A stretch of 64,000 nucleotides of DNA from NCBI GenBank assembly GCA_965238275.1, contig OZ250186.1, forward strand, positions 1,664,001-1,728,000, given 5' to 3'. The stretch's first letter is position 1. Each line of letters begins with the position of its first letter. The DNA comes from Nitrosopumilus sp. GTDB lineage: Archaea; Thermoproteota; Nitrososphaeria; Nitrososphaerales; Nitrosopumilaceae. The translations under genes were made by a program, and so were the position numbers. The notes beneath the pieces are model-generated. The model made no database searches, had not been told where the DNA came from, and worked only from the letters and a program-made list of their open reading frames with translations. Below are positions 42,928 to 53,527 of the stretch, one piece after another.

Positions 42928-44415
42928 TTGCATATGTCTGATGATAATTCCGAGTCAAGGATTGCAAAACTGGAGGAAAAAGTGGGTGTGATGGCAGAGC
43001 AGATGGCCGAAAAAGACCGGCAGATGGCCGAAAAAGACCGGCAGATGGCCGAAAAAGACCGGCAGATGGCCGAAAAAGACCGGCAGATGGCCAAACTCGC
43101 TGATCTTTACGCTGCCGCCCTCAAACAGATCCAGGATCTCACGGCAGAGTTGCAGGAGGCAAAGGGCATCATATCGGCTGCCGTTGCAAGGAGCATCGGC
43201 GCAAAACCGGACAAAAAGACCGGCAGTACCCGGCGCCGCGCAAAGGGCAAGGGCAAGGGCAAGGGCAAGCCAAGTGACCACAAACGCACGGGCCTTGCGC
43301 GTCCTGAAAGAATAGACGCAGAGGAGACAGCAGATCCGCACACGTGCGGCAACTGCGGCAGCTCCGACCTCTCAGAATGCGTGTCCACGTACACAAAGGT
43401 GGTAAGGGAGGCTGCCAAGACGGAACTAAAGCACATCAAGGTGACAGTAAAGAGAAGGCGCTGCAGGAACTGCAAGAAGACCGTGTCCGGCAGGACCCCG
43501 CTGGCACTGCCAAACTCCAGGTACGGGATCAACTTTATGATAATGATGGTCATCCTCCGGCTGCACGGCATGTCAGACCTCAGGATATGCCAGATTGTCC
43601 TGCTAACGTACTCTGCAAGGATCACGGAATCTGCGATAAACCGCATGGTGTGCAGGATGGCCCGGGAGCTCGGGCCGCTGTACGAGAAGATCAAGGAGGA
43701 GGTAAGAAACTCGCCTGCGATAAACGGGGACGAGACGACCTGGCGCGTCGACGGCACAAACTATTGGCTGTGGGTGGCTGTAGCCAGGTACGCCGTAATC
43801 TACGAGGTGCACCGCCACAGGAACTCGAAGGTTCCAAAAAAGATGCTCGGCAAGGACTATCCCGGATGCGTCACGTCTGACTCGTGGGCCGCGTGGAACG
43901 TCATCGGATCCGAACACCAAAAGTGCCACCTTCATTACGCCCGGGACATCAAGGACACCCTGAAATACAAGAATCCCGGCTACGACTACAAGCGTCACGC
44001 AAGGACGCTGCGCGCGATACTGTGGGACTCGCACATCGACGGCGCCGTTCCGGGAGGAGCCGAAGCACTGGCAGCAAAGAAGAGGCTGGATCGTCGCATC
44101 GCGTCACTTATCGGCAGGCTCGAAAAGGACCGCGACTGCAAGCACTGCAACAGGATGCGCAAGAGGCTGGTGCGGGAGGGGGATCACCTGTTTGCGTTTC
44201 TGGAGACAGACGGCGTCGAATACCACAACAACCGGGCAGAGCGGGCCATCAGGCCGTGCGTCATCCTGCGCAAGAACAGCAACGGGAGCAGGTCAAAAAA
44301 GGGCGCAGATGCCATTGCCACGCTGATGAGCATCAAGCAGACATGCAAGGCAAGGGGAGATGATCTTGGCACGGTCTTACGCGAGGGCCTGACTCCACGT
44401 CAAAAAACTGCATAG
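42928..44415 (+). CDS. IS66 transposase (TnpC)
   Basis: Coiled coil, Cys zinc finger, GDET, QKCHLH, NNRAERAIR. Confidence 0.92.
   Translation: MHMSDDNSESRIAKLEEKVGVMAEQMAEKDRQMAEKDRQMAEKDRQMAEKDRQMAKLADLYAAALKQIQDLTAELQEAKGIISAAVARSIGAKPDKKTGSTRRRAKGKGKGKGKPSDHKRTGLARPERIDAEETADPHTCGNCGSSDLSECVSTYTKVVREAAKTELKHIKVTVKRRRCRNCKKTVSGRTPLALPNSRYGINFMIMMVILRLHGMSDLRICQIVLLTYSARITESAINRMVCRMARELGPLYEKIKEEVRNSPAINGDETTWRVDGTNYWLWVAVARYAVIYEVHRHRNSKVPKKMLGKDYPGCVTSDSWAAWNVIGSEHQKCHLHYARDIKDTLKYKNPGYDYKRHARTLRAILWDSHIDGAVPGGAEALAAKKRLDRRIASLIGRLEKDRDCKHCNRMRKRLVREGDHLFAFLETDGVEYHNNRAERAIRPCVILRKNSNGSRSKKGADAIATLMSIKQTCKARGDDLGTVLREGLTPRQKTA
43000..43083 (+). repeat. 4 x 21-bp tandem repeat encoding QMAEKDR
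   Basis: CAGATGGCCGAAAAAGACCGG x4. Confidence 0.95.
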
Positions 44416-44949
44416 ACGCACGTAGGCATGGAGTTCAACATTTGATCAAAAAACTATACAGTTACGATTTTTGCATGTTTACACAATAACCCACTCTTTC
44501 CTTTTTTTTAATTTTACAAGAGCGATTCTTCTGCAAATTCAGTTGATGGACAGAATTACCGCCCAAATGCGACATTGCCCGCCGATACTGTGATTTCATG
44601 ACAAACGACAGCCCTTGAGACATATGCTGTCCATCTGTCGTACTTTACCCCCTGCAGATCCAGAAAAACAATGACAAAACAGTTGAGCCATCGTGTCGTA
44701 TGCGGCACACAGACACATCCTACCTCTTCTCTTACAGTCACTGTGTCACGTGCCCTGTCTGACAGCCTCTGGTCAGCCATCCGGCTTGTTGCTGGAACTC
44801 ATCTCATTTGGGCAACCTGTCCTACCCGTACGGTGCATTTGAAAACATCACATTGATCTTCAATGCATTCCAGGATCAAGATTTTTCGGTTGCAAAACGG
44901 TACCTGTTCGCATCCTCATGAGTGAAACGTTATGCCGCCTATTACGCAG

Positions 44950-45228
44950 TCACTCTGCGGCAGTCTTTTTTTCAATCTTTTTGGCGCTGTTTCGTCTTCT
45001 TGCGCCAAAGCTTACCAGCACCAGCAGGAACCCCACCCCGATCAGTATCCCTGACAGGGTGTTGTAGTCCTCTATCTCCTGCTGTGCTGTCCGGAGATCG
45101 ATTATCTCCTCTTCTGTCATCCCCGTGTGTCCTGCTGGAATCGAGGCCGAAAGAAGGGTAGTCAGGATCACCCCTACAGTTATCATTGCAATGCCTCCCC
45201 CAAGGATCCTCTTGTCTACAAGAACCAT
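44950..45228 (-). CDS. small membrane protein
   Basis: Two TM segments and a basic tail. Confidence 0.7.
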   Translation of the reverse strand: MVLVDKRILGGGIAMITVGVILTTLLSASIPAGHTGMTEEEIIDLRTAQQEIEDYNTLSGILIGVGFLLVLVSFGARRRNSAKKIEKKTAAE

Positions 45229-45318
45229 GATGCCTGTCTACACTCCCACCGTATATTAGAAATTTTCCATGTCCAACCGTTCATTGGGCATCAGAACTTC
45301 GGATATACGCCGCATCCG

Positions 45319-45609
45319 CTAAAAGCCCTCAGGCGGCTTTTGGACAAACACGTTGCAGACAAGCACGTCGGTCTTGGTGTCCCTGTACTGCACGTTGCAC
45401 GAGACAAACCTTCCGCGGAGCGTCCGTTCCAGCTGCTCCTGCGTGGTGTCCTGGTACTGCGGCTGGTCAGGGTCGTCAATCTTTGCAACCACTACCCTCT
45501 CGGTCTTTCCGTACTCGTCCTTGTTGTCCTTTCTGACGTGGCTTACGAGCATCTCAAAGGTGTCGCCTGTAAGTATCCTGACCACAGGGCCGCCGATTCC
45601 GTCTCCCAT
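45319..45609 (-). CDS. hypothetical protein, SNase/OB-like fold
   Basis: VVRILTGDTF...ID.P...LRGRFVSC..RD. Confidence 0.6.
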   Translation of the reverse strand: MGDGIGGPVVRILTGDTFEMLVSHVRKDNKDEYGKTERVVVAKIDDPDQPQYQDTTQEQLERTLRGRFVSCNVQYRDTKTDVLVCNVFVQKPPEGF

Positions 45610-45629
45610 GCCTCACTCTCCACCCCATA

Positions 45630-46493
45630 TCATGACTGCCTGGCCATGCTCAGCTCAAAGTCGGGAACCAAACCCCCCTTGCGTGCCATCTCAAACATCT
45701 TCCTGATGGATCTCTCCCCGGACTCTTTCATGTTGACTGTGACCTGGTTTACGTACATCTTTACAAACCGCCCAATCAGCTCGCGCGGCTTGCCCCTGGA
45801 GTACTGCATGGCATAGTCCAGCGCATCCTCCACGTGCTCAAGGCCGTACTCTATTGATTCCTGAAGGTACCTGTCAAACCTTGCTATGGTGTCTGCGCCC
45901 AGTTCGGTCCTCATTACGTTTATCCCGAGTGGCACGGCAAGTCCGCCGGTCGTGTCATTCCACCACTCCCCGACATCGAGGATCTTCTGGACGCCTTCCT
46001 GCATGTGCGACAACTGGGTCTCGTGTATCGCAAGGCCGGCATCCACGTCCCCCCTCTTTACGGCCTCTGGAATCTGGTCAAAGCCCATCTCCACATACTC
46101 GAATCTTCCAATCATAAGCTGGAGCAGCAGAAACGCAGAAGTCATCCTTCCGGGCACCGCGATCTTGCGCCCCCTTACCTCGTCTAAACTCATCACGTCT
46201 CGTCCTATGAGGATTGGACCGTAATTCAGCCCAAAGCTTCCGCCGCTTCTCAGGACAGTGTACCCCTTGATGTACGCGCAGGCGTGGACAGAGACTGCCG
46301 TGACGTCAAGGGACGGACTCTTGGCACCCCGGTTCAGGCTCTCGATGTCCCCGATTACATGCTCCACTTCAAACCCCGGGGACGGGACGGCGCCTGTCAG
46401 CATGCCATAAAACATGAATGCGTCATCTGCGTCAGGCGTGTGCCCTACAGTTATCCTCACAACCGGATTTGAGACTGAATTAATAAAAACCAA
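45630..46493 (-). CDS. mqnD: 1,4-dihydroxy-6-naphthoate synthase
   Basis: HTPDADDAFMFY, DIESLN, IHE, PLG, MYVN. Confidence 0.85.
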   Translation of the reverse strand: MVFINSVSNPVVRITVGHTPDADDAFMFYGMLTGAVPSPGFEVEHVIGDIESLNRGAKSPSLDVTAVSVHACAYIKGYTVLRSGGSFGLNYGPILIGRDVMSLDEVRGRKIAVPGRMTSAFLLLQLMIGRFEYVEMGFDQIPEAVKRGDVDAGLAIHETQLSHMQEGVQKILDVGEWWNDTTGGLAVPLGINVMRTELGADTIARFDRYLQESIEYGLEHVEDALDYAMQYSRGKPRELIGRFVKMYVNQVTVNMKESGERSIRKMFEMARKGGLVPDFELSMARQS

Positions 46494-46621
46494 TCCCCGA
46501 AGGCATCATAACCCTGTGTGCCTCGATCAAAACATTCAGAAGGTGTCGCTCATAGACCGGCCGCATCGGAGCCGGTCACCGGAAAGATGCATCTGAGAGG
46601 ATAAAACAGGATCCAATGAAG

Positions 46622-48064
46622 TAGTTTGTTGCACAACCCTGCCTAGAATCACCCCACTCCTGTGGCCTTGGGCATTCCTGCAGGCAGAATCTGCCGGACA
46701 TGCGGGAGACAAGAATAGTGTATGTGCATGTGGCCACTGCAGGTTGACAAAAATCCGCCAAAACCGTCAATTTTTTTGCCCAAAAGGTACAAAGATCACC
46801 CTACCCCCACATGTACGTGGCAGATGTAGAGGATGCCGGCGGGAAGAAATCCAGGCTCCACATAACCCATTCCCAGAACGACGCGAGGTACATAGAACAG
46901 GGAATGTTGCTGTTCCTGGCCCCCGATCCGGATTCTGCCAAGGATCTTGCCAGGATGAACAAGAAGAAAAACGGGCGCCCTTTTGACTACTCCGAGTTGA
47001 CCATAATGGCAATCGCCGGGGTGAGGTACAAGCTCAAGCTCGCGTACCGGCCCTGCGAAGGATTGGCGATAAGTGCCCTGGGGGAGGGGGATGCCCCGGA
47101 TCACACCACGCTGTGCAGGCGAATCAACAAGATGAATGTCACAAGCGCGGAGGGATGCGTGGAGGTAAGGAGCAAGGGGAGCATCATGCGGCTGATCCCT
47201 GACGGCACGGGACTGACGCCTTCCACGCGCAGCGACTGGATGCGCCACAAGCACAAGGTAAAGCGGGGCTGGATCAGGCTGAGCGTCATGATCGAGCACG
47301 ACACGCAAAAGATCGTGGCATTCAAGGTGACTGACGAACGCACGGGAGATTCTCCGCAGTTTGAGGGCCTCTTGGAGGACTCGCTGGAGTGCCTCGGAAT
47401 CGACGCCGGCAGGCTCTGCAGGAACGCCCGGCAGGGGGGAGGGTCGGCTGACAAAAAGGACCCGGCACAGTCCCCGTCATCTGACAGGAAGGGCCAAGGG
47501 GATCGACAACCCCAGAGGGAGTCAGACGTGATCGAACAGGCAATCAATGCCGCAAGCACGGCTGGGAATCTGGAAGAATCCGTCATAGCCGTCTTGGGTG
47601 ACGGAGGATATGACACCCGGAAGATCCACTCGCTGTGCAAGAATCTCGGGATCTACTCGCTGATCAAGGTACGCCAGAATTCCAATTCCAGATCAAATGG
47701 CAAGGGCCGGGCGCGCGCCCTGGCTGCGCAGGATCAGCTGTGCGGCAGCAAGCACGGGCCCAAGGAACTTTCCGCACTGGACGCCGACGAGCGCTCCAAG
47801 AACCAAAAGGAATGGAAACGGAAGGTAGGCTATGGCCGCCGGTGGCTTGTAGAGATAGTATTCTCCGCGTTCAAGAGGCGGTTTGGCGACTTTGTGATGG
47901 CCAGAACCATGAAGAACATAATCAACGAGATCGGAATCAAGGTCAGGATATACAATGAACTGCTGGACGTGGCACGGGAGGCAATCATGAGGGCGTAGGA
48001 AGGGTGGCAGTACTGGCAGTACTTCCCCACGTCCATGGGTTCGACGAGGTTGTGCAACAAACTA
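46622..48064 (+). mobile_element. IS5-family (IS903-like) element
   Basis: TIRs TAGTTTGTTGCACAACC / GGTTGTGCAACAAACTA; 8-bp TSD CAATGAAG. Confidence 0.9.
46811..47998 (+). CDS. IS5 transposase
   Basis: PDHTTLCRR, DGTG, GDGGYD, GYGRRWLVEIVFSAFK. Confidence 0.9.
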   Translation: MYVADVEDAGGKKSRLHITHSQNDARYIEQGMLLFLAPDPDSAKDLARMNKKKNGRPFDYSELTIMAIAGVRYKLKLAYRPCEGLAISALGEGDAPDHTTLCRRINKMNVTSAEGCVEVRSKGSIMRLIPDGTGLTPSTRSDWMRHKHKVKRGWIRLSVMIEHDTQKIVAFKVTDERTGDSPQFEGLLEDSLECLGIDAGRLCRNARQGGGSADKKDPAQSPSSDRKGQGDRQPQRESDVIEQAINAASTAGNLEESVIAVLGDGGYDTRKIHSLCKNLGIYSLIKVRQNSNSRSNGKGRARALAAQDQLCGSKHGPKELSALDADERSKNQKEWKRKVGYGRRWLVEIVFSAFKRRFGDFVMARTMKNIINEIGIKVRIYNELLDVAREAIMRA

Positions 48065-48318
48065 CAATGAAGATCAAAGGGGATTCCAAACAAGATCATT
48101 ACCCTGAGGATACTCATGTCCACCACCGGCATAGGCGTGAAAGTACGAAGCTGTTTACAAATTCGTGCCTAGAAATAATCGGAACCTGAACATGTATCCA
48201 TGCGTAGAATTAACAAGGATTTCATGTGTTTTTAGCATGGTGGGGGACAGCATCTGCTGGGCGGTGTACGATACAAGTTTCAGATCCATCTTATATAATT
48301 GAGATTCATATCAAAGAC

Positions 48319-48528
48319 ATGGGCCAAAAGGAGGACTATAGCATCCTAATCAAAAAAGACGGCAAATTCCATGTCGGTTATTGTCTGGAGGTACCCCAAG
48401 CCAGAGGTCAGGGTAATACCCGACAGGAGGCAGTGACAGACACCAAAAAGGCAATCATACTATGCAAGTCCTATCTTGAGGATAAAAAGAAGGATTTGGC
48501 ATCAAAGATAATCACCGTGTCACTTTGA
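48319..48528 (+). CDS. hicB: HicB-like antitoxin
   Basis: GYCLEVPQARGQGNTRQEA. Confidence 0.75.
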   Translation: MGQKEDYSILIKKDGKFHVGYCLEVPQARGQGNTRQEAVTDTKKAIILCKSYLEDKKKDLASKIITVSL

Positions 48529-48740
48529 GCCTTCCCGTTGTGGGATACAGGGAAACGCTAAAGGTGCTGCGAAAAAGAAATTTTTATCCCGTCAGGCAGA
48601 CTGGAAGCCATATCATAGTTGAAAACGGTGTAGGGTTGTGGACTTCCATCCCCAGAAAAAAAGAGCTTGGAAAGGGGTTGCTGTTACAGATAATCTCCGA
48701 TTGTGGGCTGACAAAAAAAGAATTCATCGAATTGCTGTAA
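48525..48740 (+). CDS. hicA: HicA toxin
   Basis: RQTGSH, IP...ELGKGLLLQII. Confidence 0.85.
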   Translation: MSLPVVGYRETLKVLRKRNFYPVRQTGSHIIVENGVGLWTSIPRKKELGKGLLLQIISDCGLTKKEFIELL

Positions 48741-49250
48741 CTGATTGGGAATTCCTTGCTCCATAGGCGTACTGAAAAATATCAAAGCCTGTATGCAGTG
48801 TCTGAACGGTCTGGTCAGTCTGCACCTGTCATCCACTTCCCTCACAAAGCATACCTGTTTTTTCATGGGGATTGTCCCTGCTACATCCGGATGGACATCC
48901 TGATGTCGCCTCTGGGAGTCCTGTATCCTTGGTAGGCAGGCAGACACTCATCGGTACCCTGACATGCATGGGGGGGCAGGGGCTGCTGGGATGGTGCGTT
49001 CTGTGTTGTATGGCAGCCATACCCTGAACCACTACATCCGATCCCCTCCAGATACAGTATCTGCCGCATGCGGGGCTGGCCATGACTGGGTATTGTCTCC
49101 AGAATCCTGTTTGCCATGAACTGCTACACATACCGAACACTACGATGGCTGGATCAGAAATCCCAAGACGGGTTCAGGCATTGCAGGTTCTGAACCCGAA
49201 CATGCCGTCGTGGCAGTCCCTCTAATATATCTCGGGAATAGTACCACCGT

Positions 49251-50156
49251 GTGAAGACCGTCGAGGCATACCGGCAGGAGATCAGGCTGCAGCCCGAGTT
49301 TCTCAAGTCGTTTGGGATGCAAAAACCAATACCTGCAGACGAGCAGGAGGGATGCGTCTTTTCGGGAAGCGGGGATTCCCTGGCCTCTGCGATGCTTGCA
49401 GAATCCCTCTCCGGGGGGCTCGTCAGGGCAATGGACCCACTGGATCTGTCCCGGAACAGGACCATGGCGCGCTCAAAGCATCCGTACATCGTCTCCATAT
49501 CCGGAGAGACCGTGGCAGGAGTCCGGGCAGCCAAACTCGCAGGAGACGCCACTGCCATCACCGCCAATCCCCAAAGCAGGCTTGCTTGTGCCTCAAGGGA
49601 CACGATACTGCTAGAGTTTCCCGGCAGCGGCGTATTCACCGCAGGAAGCATATCGTTTCTGGCAAGCGCCCTTACCTGCATCTCCCTGGTGAGGCGTTTT
49701 CGGATGCCCGACCCCGGGGAGCTGTTCCTGAGGGCAGAGTCCGATGCGGCAGGCGCGCACATCTCGGGACGCCCCTACATCCTGGGAGGCCAGTCTGCAT
49801 ACCCGCTTGCAATGTACTGTGCGGCAAAGCTCTATGAGACTGTCGGGCATGATGCGCACTACTCCCGGACAGAACAGTTCTCGCACATGGAGCTCTTCTC
49901 TGCGGGGAGGGGGGACACCGTAATACTGCTTGAAGGACGAAACAGGCACAACCGGACCCTCGCCGACGGCCTCCGGGACGCGGGAATCAACGTGGTTCAT
50001 CCCGATGTCCCGTCAGGTGACATACGGGCCGTGATATATCGCACGTTTTTTTCACAGCTGCTCTCGCTGCGCCAGGCAGAAGCCGAAGGCAAAAGCGAGT
50101 GTCATTTTGTCACTGCCAGGGATCTTCGCAGCATCAGCAACCACATGATATACTGA
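49251..50156 (+). CDS. SIS-domain sugar isomerase
   Basis: FSGSGDS, SISGET, EQFSHMELF. Confidence 0.8.
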   Translation: MKTVEAYRQEIRLQPEFLKSFGMQKPIPADEQEGCVFSGSGDSLASAMLAESLSGGLVRAMDPLDLSRNRTMARSKHPYIVSISGETVAGVRAAKLAGDATAITANPQSRLACASRDTILLEFPGSGVFTAGSISFLASALTCISLVRRFRMPDPGELFLRAESDAAGAHISGRPYILGGQSAYPLAMYCAAKLYETVGHDAHYSRTEQFSHMELFSAGRGDTVILLEGRNRHNRTLADGLRDAGINVVHPDVPSGDIRAVIYRTFFSQLLSLRQAEAEGKSECHFVTARDLRSISNHMIY

Positions 50157-50273
50157 GCGGTGGTGAGTTTGTGGGTATGTGATTTGGCGATCCATATGAT
50201 TTTCTGCCAATGTCGCTTTCAGGCCTTTCCAATGCGATGTACTTATTTACTATTCTGATGAACAAGATATACT

Positions 50274-52031
50274 GTGTATAGTGCATTGGGAATAATTGCA
50301 GTGATTGCAGTCAGTCTAGCAGGCACTGGGGCGTATGCACAGGATTATTCAGGGGATTCGGCAGAGTCCACCCTTGAGGGAATAATCGAGATAGGCGCGC
50401 TGGTTCCAGTTACGGGCGACGCCTCTGGCCATGGCGAGGACATCAGGATTACCATAGATATTGCAGAGGATGATTTTAACAGATATCTTGAGGAAAACGG
50501 AATCGATTGGAGGCTCAATGTAGTCGTAGAGGATACGGCATCCCAACCCGTTATAGCACTTGAAAAGGTGACAAGCTTTAGTGCAAAGGGCATCAGCGCC
50601 GTGGCCGGACCGTACTCGAGTTCCGAGCTGCGCAATATCAAGGGATACGCAGAGAGCAACAACATGATGCTAGTCAGCTACTCCTCCACGGCTCCTTCCC
50701 TTTCCATATCTGGGGACAGCGTATTCCGGTTCGTGCCAGATGAGACAAAACAGGCGCCGGCGATTGCCAGGTACTTTTCAGAAGTCGGCATTACAAACCT
50801 GATTCCGATATGGAGAAATGACGAGTGGGGCAACGGACTGATAGATGCCGTAAGGTCGGAGTTTACTGATATCGGGGGCGTAATGGATGAAGGGGTGACG
50901 TACAATCCTGATGCAATCGAATTCTCCTCCGAGGTCTCGCTGCTTGCCGAGATAGTCGAGGAGCACGTAGCTGAAGTTGGCTCAGACAAGGTTGCAGTCG
51001 TAATCGTAACCTTCAGCGAGATTACACCCATCGCGCAATCCGCGTCACAGTACGACTCGCTGTCGCAGGTACTCTGGTTCAGCACGGATACGGTCGTAAA
51101 CGACGCAGAGCTAAAAAATGATCCCATAGCCCAAAGGTTCTTCAACGAGTCGGGGTTGGTCATAACCGCGTATGCCTTATCCTCAAACCCGGTATCGGAG
51201 AGGATCAGTGCGCAGGCAGCCGAGATCAACGGCAAGGTTCCGAACACATACGCGCTCTCTGCGTACGATGTCATCTGGGGACTCGGACTCTCGATACTTG
51301 AGGCAGACTCGACGGAGGCAGACGCCATCACGTCCGTGCTGCCAACCGTGCTGGAGGATTACTCGGGGGCTCTTGGAACGATACTCCTGAACGATGCAGG
51401 CGATCTGGCCCAGGCCACCTACGACATATACAACGTGAAGGAGCATGTATGGACGCTGCTCGGGTCATACGACTCGGCGTCTGACTCGCTGGTATTTGTA
51501 GAGGAAGCTGGGATGGACGATGCCATGCCGGGTGATGATGAGGATGTTGTGACTCCTGATGATACCACGCCAGATGATACCACGCCAGATGATACTGTCA
51601 CTCCTGACGACGGAGGCGGATGCCTGATTGCGACTGCCGCGTACGGCAGCGAGCTTGCGCCGCAGGTACAGTTCCTGCGCGAGATCAGGGACAACTCGCT
51701 CCTCTCTACGGCATCGGGCATGTCGTTCATGACAGGATTCAACCAGTTCTACTACTCGTTCTCTCCTGTAGTGGCAGACATTGAGAGGGAGAATGCAGTG
51801 TTTAGGGACGTGGTTAGGACGGCGATAACTCCCGGGGTATACGCGCTGAACATAATGGTGCTTGCAGATCCGGGATCAGAATTCTCCGTCATCGCATTTG
51901 GCCTGCTCTCAATTGCGGCCGTGGCAGGAATCTACGTGGTAGCGCCCTTGCTTGTGGTTCACGCAGTTGCCAGAAGGATAAGGAGAAACAGGCGCAGCCT
52001 GGAGAACCGACAAACCTTGCCTGAGTATTAG
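50274..52031 (+). CDS. branched-chain amino-acid ABC substrate-binding protein with CFI-box-CTERM domain
   Basis: EIGAL.PVTG, VEDT, STAPSL, FRFVPD; TPDD-repeat linker; GGGCLIATAAYGSELAPQVQ. Confidence 0.88.
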   Translation: MYSALGIIAVIAVSLAGTGAYAQDYSGDSAESTLEGIIEIGALVPVTGDASGHGEDIRITIDIAEDDFNRYLEENGIDWRLNVVVEDTASQPVIALEKVTSFSAKGISAVAGPYSSSELRNIKGYAESNNMMLVSYSSTAPSLSISGDSVFRFVPDETKQAPAIARYFSEVGITNLIPIWRNDEWGNGLIDAVRSEFTDIGGVMDEGVTYNPDAIEFSSEVSLLAEIVEEHVAEVGSDKVAVVIVTFSEITPIAQSASQYDSLSQVLWFSTDTVVNDAELKNDPIAQRFFNESGLVITAYALSSNPVSERISAQAAEINGKVPNTYALSAYDVIWGLGLSILEADSTEADAITSVLPTVLEDYSGALGTILLNDAGDLAQATYDIYNVKEHVWTLLGSYDSASDSLVFVEEAGMDDAMPGDDEDVVTPDDTTPDDTTPDDTVTPDDGGGCLIATAAYGSELAPQVQFLREIRDNSLLSTASGMSFMTGFNQFYYSFSPVVADIERENAVFRDVVRTAITPGVYALNIMVLADPGSEFSVIAFGLLSIAAVAGIYVVAPLLVVHAVARRIRRNRRSLENRQTLPEY

Positions 52032-52118
52032 TGGATGATCTGACTAGCCGTGCACAGATGTCTGTTGATCCTTGCCTGTCTATAAATTCAGTGTCATAAA
52101 ATAAGTTTTTATAGCCTA

Positions 52119-52400
52119 ATGAATTATTATATGACACTGAAAATGAACAGGACGGCAATACGGCTACTGCAACAGGTTGATGGCGGGGTAACGGATGCGG
52201 CCGAACTGAGGCGCAACCTGGGAATAAGCGGTTCGCATTTCAACCGGCTGGCAAGGACTCTGACTGGGCAGCAGTATCTGGATCGGAGCGGGGAAGTACT
52301 GACGGCAGCTTTGAACCCAAAATACGCACTCTTTAGCAAGGTTGCAAGACGGTACGACATGCACGCCATACTCGGCAGCTCGAACGAGGGGTTTTGTGCC
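52119..52400 (+). pseudogene. truncated HTH protein fragment
   Basis: AELRRNLGISGSHFNRLARTL; sequence turns unrelated after about 52390. Confidence 0.45.
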
Positions 52401-52685
52401 TGCAAGCAACATTATTCCAGGCAACCTTACGGTAACTTCCGAGTCAGCTCCACCATCCGGGGGCATCGTCGACAAGCACGCCGTCTGGAGCGTGAATGAT
52501 GAAAATTCCCCCCACTGGAACCTGGAGACGATCCCGAACCCCACTGGCTACTGGGTGCCGATCATCGACACGGACGGGTTCGCGTCGCGTATGGCAGATG
52601 CTGCAGGTGACACCGTGCGGAAGAAGAGCGCGTCCGACGACTTCGGAACCGTGGTCAAGACGGAGAAAGGCAAGATCGTCCTCTT

Positions 52686-53375
52686 TATTCCGGCAATGCG
52701 GTTCAGCATCGTCTCAAGCACGACCGTGTCAGTCGTGCGGTTGGAAGTGATTCTGCAGGACAGTATGATCTGCAGTCCCAGCATCACCGTCACGTGCCAC
52801 TTGAGGTACCTCTTTACCCTTTTTGGGACAAATTCGTGCCTGGCTTTGTCCGGCCTTTCGGCTGTTTCGTACCTGCCCGTCTCCACTCCAGTGCTGTCTG
52901 CGGCCAGTATCCCTTCAGTCGCGCCGGCCGCCTCCATGCATTGGCGCGCAGTCTCCGTCAGGATTCGTTCCAGCCACGGGATTGGAATTGTTTCGAGGAA
53001 TCGCGCTATCGTCGAATGGTCCGGAACCGGCTCATGCCACGGAAGGTTCCATCCGGGCGCGCAGTTTTGCGCGTCCCTGGATGCGAGGCCCTCAAAGATC
53101 ATGATGGTGCATACGCAGGTCATCTTCTCTACAGAGTGAATTCTGGGTCTTCCGCGTCTGCCCTTGCCTTGTTTTGCAGGCGGTGGGTTCTTCATTACCA
53201 AAGACACGATGGTTTTTATCAGAAAGTCGCGTTCTGTTGTGTGTGCCCTGTGATAACTATTCCAGTAGCTAGCCCTTCTCTTGTGTTTCATTGAAGGGGG
53301 GCACACTTTATGATCCTTAGCAGGTATGAGTCAAATGTGCGCGATCACACGCTCAACGTGATTTACGCGACAGCC
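52686..53375 (-). mobile_element. truncated IS5-family element (5' part of the transposase plus one end)
   Basis: PDHSTIAR, AADSTG, KWH; end GGCTGTCGCGTAAATC at 53375. Confidence 0.75.
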
Positions 53376-53376
53376 T

Positions 53377-53510
53377 ACTTCCGAACACTACGAGACGTTG
53401 GAGAACCTGACTCATGCGGTGTCCGAGTATTTCAGGACGTGTTCAATCAGGCTTGACATCTACAAGTTCCTGTACCGCTGCGTATGAAGCAAAATTTTCA
53501 CTGATCGTTA
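53377..53510 (+). pseudogene. IS630-family transposase C-terminal remnant with putative right end
   Basis: TSEHYETLENLTHAVSEYFRTCSIRLDIYKFLYRCV* resembles archaeal IS630 C-termini (recalled, not searched). Confidence 0.5.
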
Positions 53511-53527
53511 CTCTGGGATGTGCCCTC

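Larger units (their letters stand above)
42783..44465 (+). mobile_element. IS66-family element
   Basis: 38-bp TIRs GTATCTGTGTAGTTTTTTGATCAAATGTTGAACTCCAT (2 mismatches); 8-bp TSD GATTTTTG. Confidence 0.93.

Noticed and set aside
51549-51611. TPDD tandem repeat as a separate element
   Set aside because: Ordinary low-complexity linker before the CFI-box-CTERM domain
52400-52690. N-terminal part of the IS630 remnant
   Set aside because: No DDE motifs recognisable; origin of the fragment unresolved
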